64,000 nt of DNA, from positions 1 to 64,000 of IMG/VR virus record IMGVR_UViG_3300021400_000062. One strand, given 5' to 3'. Both the position numbers and the translations under genes were made by a program. Below, piece by piece: positions 48,018 to 56,998 of this stretch. The first letter of the stretch is position 1; every line of letters starts with the position of its first letter. Source of the stretch: a virus. Taxonomy: Duplodnaviria > Caudoviricetes. Under the pieces are notes generated by a model. The model saw only the letters and a program-made list of their open reading frames with translations. It did not search any database and was not told the DNA's origin.

Positions 48018-50477
48018 TTATTGTGCTTTACTTTTATTGCTTATCTGTTTTCTTTTCAACTCTGCATCTGTTTTTGCTTTATCTTTATCAAAGTTTAACC
48101 TATCTCTATTAAGTTGGTTGGTAGCATCAAATTGCTTTCTCTTTTCATCAAGATTAGCTCTTTCTCCTTCAGTCATTTGACCATTATTGTTAGCATCATC
48201 TTGAATCCTTGCCTGTGCTTGAATCTCTGCAACAAGTATCTTTGTTTCATTGTTTTCAGTATTCATAGCAGCTTCATGCTCCATTTGCTGTTGCTTTGTC
48301 TGCTGTTCCATTTGAGCTATTTGTTGCTGGCTCTGGAGTTGCTGTTGCTGTGCTTCAGCTTGTCTTTGATATGTTGCCTGCTCATCCTCCTCAATAACCC
48401 TCTGCTTTTCTGCTCTTGATGTAGAATTATACAGTCTAATCAGACCACTCATTGTGAGCTTATCATTCTGTAAGCAAGCTTGGATTATTGTAGGAAGATT
48501 CTTTGTAAACTCTTGTGTATCATAAGAGTTGTCCACAACAAGCCCATAAGAATTCATTGAGAATGTATCTCCATCCACAGTAACAATCTGCTTTGCAAGG
48601 TCTGAAGAAATAACATATTGGAATTTCTTTACAGTACCCTTGAGAGCAGCTCTACACATGTCAATAAATGCCTCAATAAATCTCTTCTTGAGATTATCGT
48701 GAATCATAAATATCCACTCAGTAATATGGCTTGATTGAAGCACGCTTCTTTCAACACCACCAACAGTTTCCCTGTTTTGAATCTGTCCCTCTCTTTGGTC
48801 TGTAATACCAGCGGCCTTGCCCATTATCTGCTCTATCATCACAAGGATATTGATAAGTGCAGAAATGGATTGACTCATATCAAGGTCTATTGTTCTTGAT
48901 GAAGCGTTGTTCATAAGACCAGCAAGCTTTCCTTTTGCAGCACCAGCATTACCCTCTCTAAAACTATCTCTTACAGAAATACCGTGAGCGGTAAGAATCT
49001 TCACATAGTCTGTAATATCCCATTTCTCTGGAACAAGAGAAAGGTCAAGGTCTATAACCTTTCCCCTATTCCTTGAAAGAAGGTCTGTGAGTCTGTGCAT
49101 TGTAGCATCGTAAAGATAGCTGTATGGTTTCATCAAATCAACCATAGACACGGGCTCATCTCCACCTATATTATATATGGAACCTATTATACCAAAGTGA
49201 CACTTTGATGGATGGTCAAGGTCGTTGAATTGTATAGGGCATGGTTTTATATCTACAAATAACTTCTCCCCAATCTTAACTCCCTGCCAAGCCTGATTAA
49301 TCCAATATGGTTGCTCTTCCTCACCCATTTCCTTGTTTGCCTTATAATCTTCTGTGTGAAGACTATACTCAACTTCTCCTGTAATGGGATTGTAAGACTT
49401 AATTCTTTTAATCTTCCTTAAAGACTTCCAGTATACCTGACTAACCTTTATGTTGCCATATACATCATAGGGTAGATACTCCCCAATAGTGTCTGTTGGA
49501 ATATACAAATCATCGGCGGTGAGGTCTTGGTGATTATCCTCCCAAAGACTTATACCATCAGAATATTTTGAACCATCTGGTCTCTCACCAACCCTATATC
49601 CAACAATTGCTTCCGGTGAGCCAAGACCATCACTTCTCATGAATGAATCATAATCAGAACCAGACTTATAGTTTTCTATGTACTCAACCTCCTTGTCTGT
49701 AAGTATATCTCCATAGGTTTCTATAATCTTTCCTTTACTCCAGTAATTGTTGATAACTATCATATCAGCATCTTCTATCTTCGATGAATTGCTGTTGCGA
49801 TAAATATCAACAAGCTGTGGGTCAAGCTTCCTTGCTGCTGGTTCACCATTCTGAAGATAAACCTGATATATTTCTTCACCACATGTTTCAGCATCAATCA
49901 GACCACTGTTAAACATGAACTTAAAATCATATTCTCTCCAGTAATGATTAGACAACTGGTTGGCCACAAGTTCATTGCTATCCTGCCAAGTTGTCGTCAT
50001 ATATTTAAGCTCGGATTGAACCTTTGATTCAAACTCTTCCTGACTTTGTGAGCTTTCAGCAATAGATTGTTCAATCCTGCTGACCATTTCAGCCTGCTTT
50101 GCTTTTTCTATTTCAGATACAGCATTTGGATTGGTTACTATGACACTATAATCAAATGTTCTTCCAGCTTCTTCACCACGAAGAACATTAAGTTTGCTAT
50201 TTATTATAGGGTAATGCTGAATCTTGTCTGGTACAATATCATCACCAAGATTTGAAGCATTAAGCACAATAGCAAGGTCTGACATATGAATCTTGTTGTT
50301 CACAAGGTCATAGTTTATCTTCTTGTGAAGCATAGAATTCCTTACCTTTGTATCAGTGAAGTAGTTCTTGCTTGCACCCCACTCTACGCATTGTGCTCCC
50401 CACATCTTGGTTTTCTTTCTCCATCCAACCTTTTGGCTCGGAAAACCGCCCTGTATATTGACACTATCAAGTAGCAT
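48018..50477 (-). CDS. Portal protein
   Basis: 819 aa; HYPIINSKLNVLRGEE, GITDQREGQIQNRETVGGVERSV; Gln-rich C-terminal barrel; downstream of terminase. Confidence 0.9.
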   Translation of the reverse strand: MLLDSVNIQGGFPSQKVGWRKKTKMWGAQCVEWGASKNYFTDTKVRNSMLHKKINYDLVNNKIHMSDLAIVLNASNLGDDIVPDKIQHYPIINSKLNVLRGEEAGRTFDYSVIVTNPNAVSEIEKAKQAEMVSRIEQSIAESSQSQEEFESKVQSELKYMTTTWQDSNELVANQLSNHYWREYDFKFMFNSGLIDAETCGEEIYQVYLQNGEPAARKLDPQLVDIYRNSNSSKIEDADMIVINNYWSKGKIIETYGDILTDKEVEYIENYKSGSDYDSFMRSDGLGSPEAIVGYRVGERPDGSKYSDGISLWEDNHQDLTADDLYIPTDTIGEYLPYDVYGNIKVSQVYWKSLRKIKRIKSYNPITGEVEYSLHTEDYKANKEMGEEEQPYWINQAWQGVKIGEKLFVDIKPCPIQFNDLDHPSKCHFGIIGSIYNIGGDEPVSMVDLMKPYSYLYDATMHRLTDLLSRNRGKVIDLDLSLVPEKWDITDYVKILTAHGISVRDSFREGNAGAAKGKLAGLMNNASSRTIDLDMSQSISALINILVMIEQIMGKAAGITDQREGQIQNRETVGGVERSVLQSSHITEWIFMIHDNLKKRFIEAFIDMCRAALKGTVKKFQYVISSDLAKQIVTVDGDTFSMNSYGLVVDNSYDTQEFTKNLPTIIQACLQNDKLTMSGLIRLYNSTSRAEKQRVIEEDEQATYQRQAEAQQQQLQSQQQIAQMEQQTKQQQMEHEAAMNTENNETKILVAEIQAQARIQDDANNNGQMTEGERANLDEKRKQFDATNQLNRDRLNFDKDKAKTDAELKRKQISNKSKAQ

Positions 50478-50505
50478 AAATAATTATTTATGATAATATT
50501 ACCAG

Positions 50506-50537
50506 CAAATCTAAACAAAATAAGTTATAAACTCAAA
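50506..50537 (-). promoter_or_regulatory. Sigma-A promoter for portal
   Basis: Minus strand TTTG-20nt-TAGATTTG. Confidence 0.75.
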
Positions 50538-50588
50538 TGCATAAACAAATTATTAAGTGTTGATTTGTTGTAAATTAAATTGTAACTA

Positions 50589-52838
50589 CTACTCTTTTCC
50601 CCTATTAAGAATCCTTGTAAAGAATGGGTCAAAAGCAAGCTGGCTTGATGATGTTTCCTGACTATCTGTAACATCACCACCAGCAGCTATTCTAAATTGT
50701 TCTCTATATAGCATTAAAAGCCCAAAACTTCTCACGCGGTCAAAATTCTCATAATTATTATACCTTATAAGCTCCATTATTAGCGCCCTGTTCCTTAATG
50801 AAAACAGTTTTTTTCTTGTTGTCTCAACTTCTTCACCATTTTCATTTTTCTTTATAATAGTTTCTGGCTGTATGAGCCACTCTCTTGTAAGGTCATCAGC
50901 ATAGTTGTTTACAGCTTTTGTTGCCCTAACACCCTTCATTGTATTACCAATTGTTCCAAGCTTAAGCAACTCTTTATCCTGAAGATATTCTGGTGTATCA
51001 GCAAGAAGATGTAAACAACCCAACTTGCTGAAGTATGAGAATGTTCCTTTCAAGTTGTTCTCATATAAAAGTTTGCAGTTATAGAATATACATAACAGTC
51101 TTGATACTTCATAGTTTTGTTCTGCATATTCTTTTCTGCCAGTATATTCAGCAACAACATTATCAGTAAACAAATCCATTACAAATGTTGAATATAGTGA
51201 TGTTGAATCTGTTGTTGCGTCTTGGTCGATTGGGTCCGAAGAACAAATATATCTACCAGCCGGCACTCTGCCATTACTATCTTTCTGTGGCATACAGAAT
51301 ATCTCAAGAGCACCTTTTGTCATATTGTTTTCTATTGGGTATATCCTTATTGGCTGGTCTGCTGTTGCCCTAAACACAACCTCGCCATCACCGTTTTCTA
51401 CAAGCTCTCCAACATAAACATCATCATACTCACTACTGTTTACATCAAGCTCATTAAGTCTTTGATTGAGCTCATTTACAGGGAACTTGTTACCTTTTGA
51501 TTTAAGCAGAGCTTCCTGTGGTGTAATTGGTCTTTCTGCTATACTTCTTGTAATTGTATTTAGGTCTGTTGTGTTATACTTTATCCTATATCTATCAAGA
51601 AGTATTTCAATAAGAGCCTTAGCCACATTAGAATTACCATTTTCATCATAACAGCCCTTTCTATTTATGTATTCAGGAAAGAAGAATGTTATTTGTTTTC
51701 TACCCTCTCCGGGTTTGTCATATACATTTGGGAGCGCGTACATATAATAACCCTTTGGGTTGTATATTATCTCTGTTGCCTGATTAAAGTCTGACTGTTT
51801 CTCACCAGATGTACCTATCAGATATACTGTTCCGAAAGCATATTTACCCTCCCTTACAGATGGTAGCAATATATTATATATTTCCCTTATGTTACTAAAG
51901 CTTCCAAACTCCTCTCCTATAACAAAGTTTAGTCGCTTACCTCTTATCTTTCCAACATCATCCTTTACTGCAACACCGCTTGCTTCATTAAGGGTTCCCT
52001 CCCTTGCTCCTGTATCAAGATTTTTCCAGCCCATTATCCAATTCATATCCTGAAGACTGTTTTTTAGTAATAGGTGTGGAAATTGTGTATGTGTTGCTAT
52101 AAAGTCAAGCGATGCTTGAAACTTATTGAGTATGCCATCATTTGTAAGGTATTCTTTGCTATAAGCCATAGCCATAACCTTTACTGCCCTGTTGATTTCA
52201 TCACTTTCACCAAGCGTGAAATATTTGGACATTATAGCTGCCATACTCAGTGATTTGGTCTTGCCTCTGGCAGATATTTCAGCACCATTGAGACCACCCT
52301 CCCAGTTGAATAATCCACCATGTTGAGCCTGCTCTATATAGTGATATCTCAGATAATTACCATCCCAAACCTCCGGGAAGTCAATCACCCTTTTTCCTTT
52401 ATTGCTACCAACAACTGTCTTTGTTTGTGCTATTGGGAAGTAGTTGAGAAAATAATACATATTACCAGTCACCCACTCACCATCAGTTTCTCTTACATAA
52501 CCTTCTCTACATCTTCTAACCTCTTCTATAATCCATTTACCATATGCACTATTTGGATTGCCATTTGGTTTAAGGTCTGTAAGCCTACCTGTTTTCTGAA
52601 AGTGTATTGCAACTGGCCTAAAGTAATCCATATCCTCAAGTATATGAGGTTTAGTTACATCAACTATAATCCTGCCCTTGTCATCTCTCTGCAAATCACA
52701 AGCTCTTGGCCTGTCTGGTGATACCAACCACTTAATAAAAGGAATAGAGAGGCACTCATAGAATTCCTCTCTAACCTCATCTGGTAAACTATCTAAATGT
52801 AATGCTTCTTCTGATGTCTGATATTTATTAAACTGCAT
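50589..52838 (-). CDS. terL: Terminase large subunit
   Basis: Walker A ARGKTKS, Walker B VIGEEFG, GTSG coupling motif, nuclease SDPID...LYENN...NFDRV; start at MQFNKYQT. Confidence 0.92.
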   Translation of the reverse strand: MQFNKYQTSEEALHLDSLPDEVREEFYECLSIPFIKWLVSPDRPRACDLQRDDKGRIIVDVTKPHILEDMDYFRPVAIHFQKTGRLTDLKPNGNPNSAYGKWIIEEVRRCREGYVRETDGEWVTGNMYYFLNYFPIAQTKTVVGSNKGKRVIDFPEVWDGNYLRYHYIEQAQHGGLFNWEGGLNGAEISARGKTKSLSMAAIMSKYFTLGESDEINRAVKVMAMAYSKEYLTNDGILNKFQASLDFIATHTQFPHLLLKNSLQDMNWIMGWKNLDTGAREGTLNEASGVAVKDDVGKIRGKRLNFVIGEEFGSFSNIREIYNILLPSVREGKYAFGTVYLIGTSGEKQSDFNQATEIIYNPKGYYMYALPNVYDKPGEGRKQITFFFPEYINRKGCYDENGNSNVAKALIEILLDRYRIKYNTTDLNTITRSIAERPITPQEALLKSKGNKFPVNELNQRLNELDVNSSEYDDVYVGELVENGDGEVVFRATADQPIRIYPIENNMTKGALEIFCMPQKDSNGRVPAGRYICSSDPIDQDATTDSTSLYSTFVMDLFTDNVVAEYTGRKEYAEQNYEVSRLLCIFYNCKLLYENNLKGTFSYFSKLGCLHLLADTPEYLQDKELLKLGTIGNTMKGVRATKAVNNYADDLTREWLIQPETIIKKNENGEEVETTRKKLFSLRNRALIMELIRYNNYENFDRVRSFGLLMLYREQFRIAAGGDVTDSQETSSSQLAFDPFFTRILNRGKE

Positions 52839-53091
52839 TTTTACCAACCTCCATAAAGTATGCAAACATACTATCAAATACCTTATCCCACATATTTTCA
52901 ATATTCTTTCCCGTAACAGATATTGTATTGATTAGTTCTTTATTGTTGTTTGCATCTTTTCTATATATTTCAACTTCTATCTTATGATTACCAGCATATG
53001 TTTTGTACCTTGGTATTACCTCGCAAGTATATTCAGACCTTGCTTTGAGCCAATTGCTGAACAGCCTTTCAAGTTCAAATAAATCAAGCAT
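52828..53091 (-). CDS. Hypothetical protein
   Basis: 87-aa ORF in the operon. Confidence 0.6.
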   Translation of the reverse strand: MLDLFELERLFSNWLKARSEYTCEVIPRYKTYAGNHKIEVEIYRKDANNNKELINTISVTGKNIENMWDKVFDSMFAYFMEVGKNAV

Positions 53092-53093
53092 AA

Positions 53094-53645
53094 CTAAAAT
53101 CCAGCCTCATAAGCATGAGCTTGCTCTTCACCACCCCTAATTCTACCTTGTTCTGTAATTTCCGCGTTGACAATCTTCTCTGTTTCTATAAGCTTCTTTG
53201 CAAGTTGTGGTATCTTATCAGTTGCTTGAACTATCTGTGAAACATTGTATACTTGCCTACCCTTATCATCAACTTCATACAGATTTACATTTTCAAGAAA
53301 TTCACCAATCTTTGCAATAGACTTCCTCATACTATCGAGAAGTTTCTGTGATGTAGTTGTTGTTACTCTTACATATGTATCTATTGCTTTTCGTATCTCT
53401 GGAGTTATTTTAAAGCTATAATCAAGTCCCTCTTGTTTTATAACCTCACTAAGCCTTTCATCCTCATCAAATATATCAGCATATGTACTTCTTGGGTCAT
53501 AACAGAAGTATATTACAGACAAAATCTCCATAAATTTTTCTTTATTTTTTGATTTGTCTGCATTAAACAGCTTTCTGAAATCTTTTAGCAAGAATATTTC
53601 ATCAGCTGGCTGAACTTGATAATTTTCGTACTTTATTAACTTCAT
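53094..53645 (-). CDS. Conserved crAss protein upstream of TerL (possible small terminase)
   Basis: DKSKNKE...IYFCYDPRS; helical; synteny. Confidence 0.5.
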   Translation of the reverse strand: MKLIKYENYQVQPADEIFLLKDFRKLFNADKSKNKEKFMEILSVIYFCYDPRSTYADIFDEDERLSEVIKQEGLDYSFKITPEIRKAIDTYVRVTTTTSQKLLDSMRKSIAKIGEFLENVNLYEVDDKGRQVYNVSQIVQATDKIPQLAKKLIETEKIVNAEITEQGRIRGGEEQAHAYEAGF

Positions 53646-53658
53646 AATAAGAGTATTA

Positions 53659-53678
53659 AGCCCACATTTCTGTGGGCT
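53659..53678 (-). terminator. Hairpin, possible terminator after groES
   Basis: AGCCCACA-GAAA-TGTGGGCT on the minus strand; weak U tract. Confidence 0.5.
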
Positions 53679-53683
53679 ATTTA

Positions 53684-54064
53684 CTATTTTTCATCATCAT
53701 ATGAAACCTTATCAATAATAAGGTCTATATCTCTATCATAAAGGAATAGGCATTGCTTACCATTAATCTCAATCTTTGGCCAAGAAACAACCATATTAAC
53801 CTCATCCTTGCTTTTCTCAAGAACGGAACCTTCCCTTAAAGAATGTTCAGGCCTTGAATAGTTCATTGGGTTAATGAGTACCATATCACCAACATTCAGA
53901 CCATCGAAACAGTTTGGCCCAACTGCAACTATTCTCTGAATATCTTTTATTATGCCCTCTTCTTTTGATGTATCTATAATACCATCCTTAATAACATCAG
54001 ACTCATACTCATCTGCTGTTGTCAATATGTGATTTAGCATTGGTCTTGCTTCTACTATTCGCAT
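53684..54064 (-). CDS. groES: GroES-like co-chaperonin
   Basis: RPMLNHIL...DGIID...IVAVGP...LNVGDMVL...INGKQCLFLYDRDI pattern. Confidence 0.75.
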   Translation of the reverse strand: MRIVEARPMLNHILTTADEYESDVIKDGIIDTSKEEGIIKDIQRIVAVGPNCFDGLNVGDMVLINPMNYSRPEHSLREGSVLEKSKDEVNMVVSWPKIEINGKQCLFLYDRDIDLIIDKVSYDDEK

Positions 54065-54311
54065 ATTCTTTTAAATTTTTCTTGTTATATAATATAGCCC
54101 TATTTACATTTCTTATGTAGAATTTTCCTATTCTTGATATATGTACATCAGGCTTTAATTCTTTTATTTGTTCCTCGCTTAAACCTTGGTCAAACGGAAG
54201 TGATTCTATATATTTTCTGCAATAATTCCAATAATGTTCATATGCAAATCTTACATCACTTTCTGTTAAACCAAGCTTTTCTGCAATCATATTATATGTT
54301 CTTTTGTTCAT
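54009..54311 (-). CDS. HU-like DNA-binding protein
   Basis: IAEKLGLTESDV helix pair; VHISRIGKFY resembles the HU V.I.GFGKF strand. Confidence 0.55.
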   Translation of the reverse strand: MNKRTYNMIAEKLGLTESDVRFAYEHYWNYCRKYIESLPFDQGLSEEQIKELKPDVHISRIGKFYIRNVNRAILYNKKNLKEYANSRSKTNAKSHIDNSR

Positions 54312-54696
54312 CTTTTATCTTGAACATCAATAACATATTAAACGATTCCGGATTATCAATATGTGGTATAAATCTTGGATTAATCATACCATCTTTGAAG
54401 AATCCACCTTTCTTAAGCTTGTTTATAGTAACCCTGTAGGTAGATAATGTAACATCACAATCTTTCATAATCTGCTCCCTTACATCTTTGCCCATGAGTT
54501 CCTTTGTGAGAAATATTTCATCAAGGATTTTTGCACTCAATTCCTGTCTATGTCTAAGGAGCTCTGAAGCAATAAGTATAACCTGCGGAGTAAATCTATG
54601 AACCGGTATAAGAAAGGATAGCCATAACCTGTAAAATGTTTTATTTGTACAGGGTACCTCAAGCCTTTTGTTTACCTCATAATTATTTACTTGCAT
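54292..54696 (-). CDS. Hypothetical protein, possible winged HTH
   Basis: IMKDCDVTLSTYRVTINKLKKGGF; INPRFIP. Confidence 0.55.
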   Translation of the reverse strand: MQVNNYEVNKRLEVPCTNKTFYRLWLSFLIPVHRFTPQVILIASELLRHRQELSAKILDEIFLTKELMGKDVREQIMKDCDVTLSTYRVTINKLKKGGFFKDGMINPRFIPHIDNPESFNMLLMFKIKDEQKNI

Positions 54697-54958
54697 TTTC
54701 TTCACTTATTGTAAGTGCTTCTTCAATTTCCTTTGCACATCTCTCAACAAACTCATCACTGAACTGAACACTATTCTCTACAACCCTGAACAACATAGCC
54801 ATTCTCTTTTCAGAGAGAGCTTCATTCATCTGTCTTGCCTGCTGGAGAAGATTGTTATATGCTATCTCCCTGCTCTTGTTTTCGGTAACAAGCTTTTCAT
54901 ATTCAGCAAATGAGATAGTAATTGTTTTTTCTTCCTGCTTTGTTTTATTCTCTTCCAT
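54683..54958 (-). CDS. Coiled-coil hypothetical protein
   Basis: 91-aa ORF in the operon. Confidence 0.65.
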   Translation of the reverse strand: MEENKTKQEEKTITISFAEYEKLVTENKSREIAYNNLLQQARQMNEALSEKRMAMLFRVVENSVQFSDEFVERCAKEIEEALTISEENASK

Positions 54959-54979
54959 ATTTAAACTGTTTTATATTAA

Positions 54980-55192
54980 TTATTTATAGAATTTCTTCTT
55001 ACCATATTTTGCTTGGTGCAGTTCATCATATTTCTCTATACTTGCATGTGCTATTGATGTTGAACCACAATCAAGACAACAATATCCTATGCCAACATCT
55101 TTGATTGCAAGAGACAAACAGTGTGCACAGAAGTACACCGGTTCCTCATTATATTCCTCACTACCAATTGGTATGCTTTTATCAATATCCAT
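54980..55192 (-). CDS. Zinc-ribbon protein
   Basis: CAHC...CLDCGST; start at MDIDK. Confidence 0.7.
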   Translation of the reverse strand: MDIDKSIPIGSEEYNEEPVYFCAHCLSLAIKDVGIGYCCLDCGSTSIAHASIEKYDELHQAKYGKKKFYK

Positions 55193-55193
55193 A

Positions 55194-55340
55194 TTATTCT
55201 GTATACACAAGAATATATTGCTCGTTATACAATAAAGAAACTATATTGCTTTTCTTTATACCATATTCATTCATAAGGTTTACAAGCTCTCTTACATTGC
55301 TTGCAACCATCCATTTATACCTACTTTTATTCTCTTCCAT
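55194..55340 (-). CDS. 48-aa small protein (not in ORF track)
   Basis: MEENKSRYKWMVASNVRELVNLMNEYGIKKSNIVSLLYNEQYILVYTE*. Confidence 0.55.
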   Translation of the reverse strand: MEENKSRYKWMVASNVRELVNLMNEYGIKKSNIVSLLYNEQYILVYTE

Positions 55341-55356
55341 ATTATTAAAATATTTG

Positions 55357-55429
55357 AGCCACCAATCTGAATCGAACAGACAACCTTTGGGTTACAAAAC
55401 CAACGCTCTACCTATTGAGCTATAGTGGC
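55357..55429 (-). tRNA. tRNA-Thr(UGU)
   Basis: GCCACTA/TGGTGGC acceptor stem, D arm AGCTCAATAGGTAGAGC, loop TT-TGT-AA, GTTCGATTC; CCA not encoded. Confidence 0.88.
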
Positions 55430-55435
55430 TTATTG

Positions 55436-55509
55436 TCGGGATACTCTGACTCGAACAGAGGACCACTGCATCCCAAATGCAGCATTCTAACCAACTGAAC
55501 TACATCCCG
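55436..55509 (-). tRNA. tRNA-Pro(UGG)
   Basis: CGGGATG/TATCCCG acceptor stem, CTGCA-TTTGGGA-TGCAG anticodon arm, GTTCGAGTC. Confidence 0.92.
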
Positions 55510-55517
55510 AACTAATA

Positions 55518-55697
55518 CTATTTTTCTTTAAAGTTAAGTTTATCCCAAGACTTTTTAAACGTAGGGAATGCCATAATTGCAAGAGCTATTGTACTAATCG
55601 CAAATAGTGGCTGATGAAAATAGAATAGATATGCAGTACTGCCTATGCTACACAGAACATATAGACATACAATAATAAAACTTAATAATTCTTTCAT
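55518..55697 (-). CDS. 59-aa two-TM membrane protein (not in ORF track)
   Basis: MKELLSFIIVCLYVLCSIGSTAYLFYFHQPLFAISTIALAIMAFPTFKK...*. Confidence 0.55.
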   Translation of the reverse strand: MKELLSFIIVCLYVLCSIGSTAYLFYFHQPLFAISTIALAIMAFPTFKKSWDKLNFKEK

Positions 55698-55698
55698 A

Positions 55699-55881
55699 TT
55701 ATTTTCTTTTTCTGGTTACGGCCTTCATGTTCCTAAGACTTTTTTCAAGGTCTTTTTCTTTCTTTGCAGCAGCCTTCATAGCTCTATTTCTTCTCTGGGC
55801 ATCATTCATAATTTCTTGATACCGGGCCATTGTGTCAGCATCATAGTCTGCTTGCCACGGGTCTATTTTTACTTTTGGCAT
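55699..55881 (-). CDS. 60-aa basic helical protein
   Basis: MPKVKIDPWQADYDADTMARYQEIM...; start reassigned to ATG 55881. Confidence 0.6.
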   Translation of the reverse strand: MPKVKIDPWQADYDADTMARYQEIMNDAQRRNRAMKAAAKKEKDLEKSLRNMKAVTRKRK

Positions 55882-56141
55882 AATATAAGATAAATTATTA
55901 AAATTTGTAATGCTTGTCCAACTAATCCACCAAGAAAAGTACATAACCAATCAAGCCAATCCCAATTTTTGAAACTCCATTTATATATTGGCTTATTAGC
56001 ATTATCTTGGTCATAATGACAATCCTTTACTTCCATACCAGTACCACAACCGGCTGCAAAGAATATGGTTAATAGCAATCCCTCTGGAATTGCAAGCACA
56101 AAGTGTTTCCACCTATTAGATTCTATAAACCATTTACACAT
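55869..56141 (-). CDS. Small membrane protein
   Basis: ESNRWKH...MEVKD...WDWLDW..T.LGG pattern with hydrophobic segments. Confidence 0.65.
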   Translation of the reverse strand: MCKWFIESNRWKHFVLAIPEGLLLTIFFAAGCGTGMEVKDCHYDQDNANKPIYKWSFKNWDWLDWLCTFLGGLVGQALQILIIYLILCQK

Positions 56142-56437
56142 TATGCAATTGTCCAGCTTTCGTCAAAAATATCTTCCCAAGTTGGTATATAGCTAGTTGC
56201 TTTATATCTTTCAAGCTCACTATCCCAAGTGCAGATTAAAACTTGGTCGTGATATGATATACCACCATATTTACACACATCTTTTGCAGATTCTGGCAAA
56301 CTTGTCATCTTTGGTATTATTTCGCAAGATATTGTTTGTGGTATTTGTTTAACAATAAATTGCCTATTAGTAGACATCCTTGAATTTACCAGTCTTTCGC
56401 CAGACCTTAGCGCTTCTAAAACTTGTTCAAATTTCAT
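56141..56437 (-). CDS. DUF2829 / Tad2-like anti-defence nucleotide sponge candidate
   Basis: MKFEQVLEALRSG start, FIVKQIP..I...IIPKM.SLP.SAK middle, SYIPTWEDIFDESW end. Confidence 0.65.
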   Translation of the reverse strand: MKFEQVLEALRSGERLVNSRMSTNRQFIVKQIPQTISCEIIPKMTSLPESAKDVCKYGGISYHDQVLICTWDSELERYKATSYIPTWEDIFDESWTIA

Positions 56438-56461
56438 ATGTAAACATTTTAGTTTTTTTTG

Positions 56462-56534
56462 CTCCTCATCTTGGGCTCGAACCAAGGACTTTCTGGTTAA
56501 CAGCCAGACGCTCTACCTACTGAGCTAATGAGAA
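56462..56534 (-). tRNA. tRNA-Asn(GUU)
   Basis: TTCTCAT/ATGAGGA acceptor stem, TCTGG-CTGTTAA-CCAGA anticodon arm, GTTCGAGCC. Confidence 0.92.
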
Positions 56535-56620
56535 GTTTTCAGCATTTCTGCTTACACAGCACTAACTAAACAACCAAAACTTAAACCCAACTGAAGCAAC
56601 GCATCACTGCGGTACTTCTG

Positions 56621-56651
56621 CAAATGTATACAAAAAGTTTAACAACACAAA
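56621..56651 (-). promoter_or_regulatory. Sigma-A promoter for the tRNA/small-gene cluster
   Basis: Minus strand TTTG-19nt-TACATTTG. Confidence 0.7.
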
Positions 56652-56659
56652 ACTTTTTA

Positions 56660-56998
56660 TTAATTTTCTTTATTATTTCTCTTTATTCTCCACATAGCAT
56701 ATTGTTTCCTATACTCAAGATACCTGTTTCTCCATTGGTTGTTGTAAGCCTCAACCTCAAAAGATATGCCCATGTAAGCTGTTTTTGTGTGGAATATTAA
56801 CCTGTAAACCCACTCAAAAAAGTAAATAATATAGAATACAATATATCCAAGTTCTTTCATCTGAGCGGTATGGATTTCTTCGTGCTGGATGGTAGAACTT
56901 CTTAATGGCTCGTACTCTTTTCTTGCAAATACAACCCCAAATAGATTGATTGCACAAAACCCTTTAAATGGTAGAATGTTGTTGTAGATTACTTTCAT
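56660..56998 (-). CDS. Small HExxH zincin-like protein
   Basis: IQHEEIHTAQM...ISFEVEAY; ATGA overlap with the upstream stop. Confidence 0.7.
   Translation of the reverse strand: MKVIYNNILPFKGFCAINLFGVVFARKEYEPLRSSTIQHEEIHTAQMKELGYIVFYIIYFFEWVYRLIFHTKTAYMGISFEVEAYNNQWRNRYLEYRKQYAMWRIKRNNKEN

Noticed and set aside
39852-52838. Introns or inteins in MCP, portal or terminase
   Set aside because: The ORFs are continuous and of ordinary size, with no homing-endonuclease or intein splice motifs seen.
56438-56485. ORF-track N-terminal extension of the DUF2829-like gene
   Set aside because: It overlaps tRNA-Asn; ATG 56437 gives the family-typical start.
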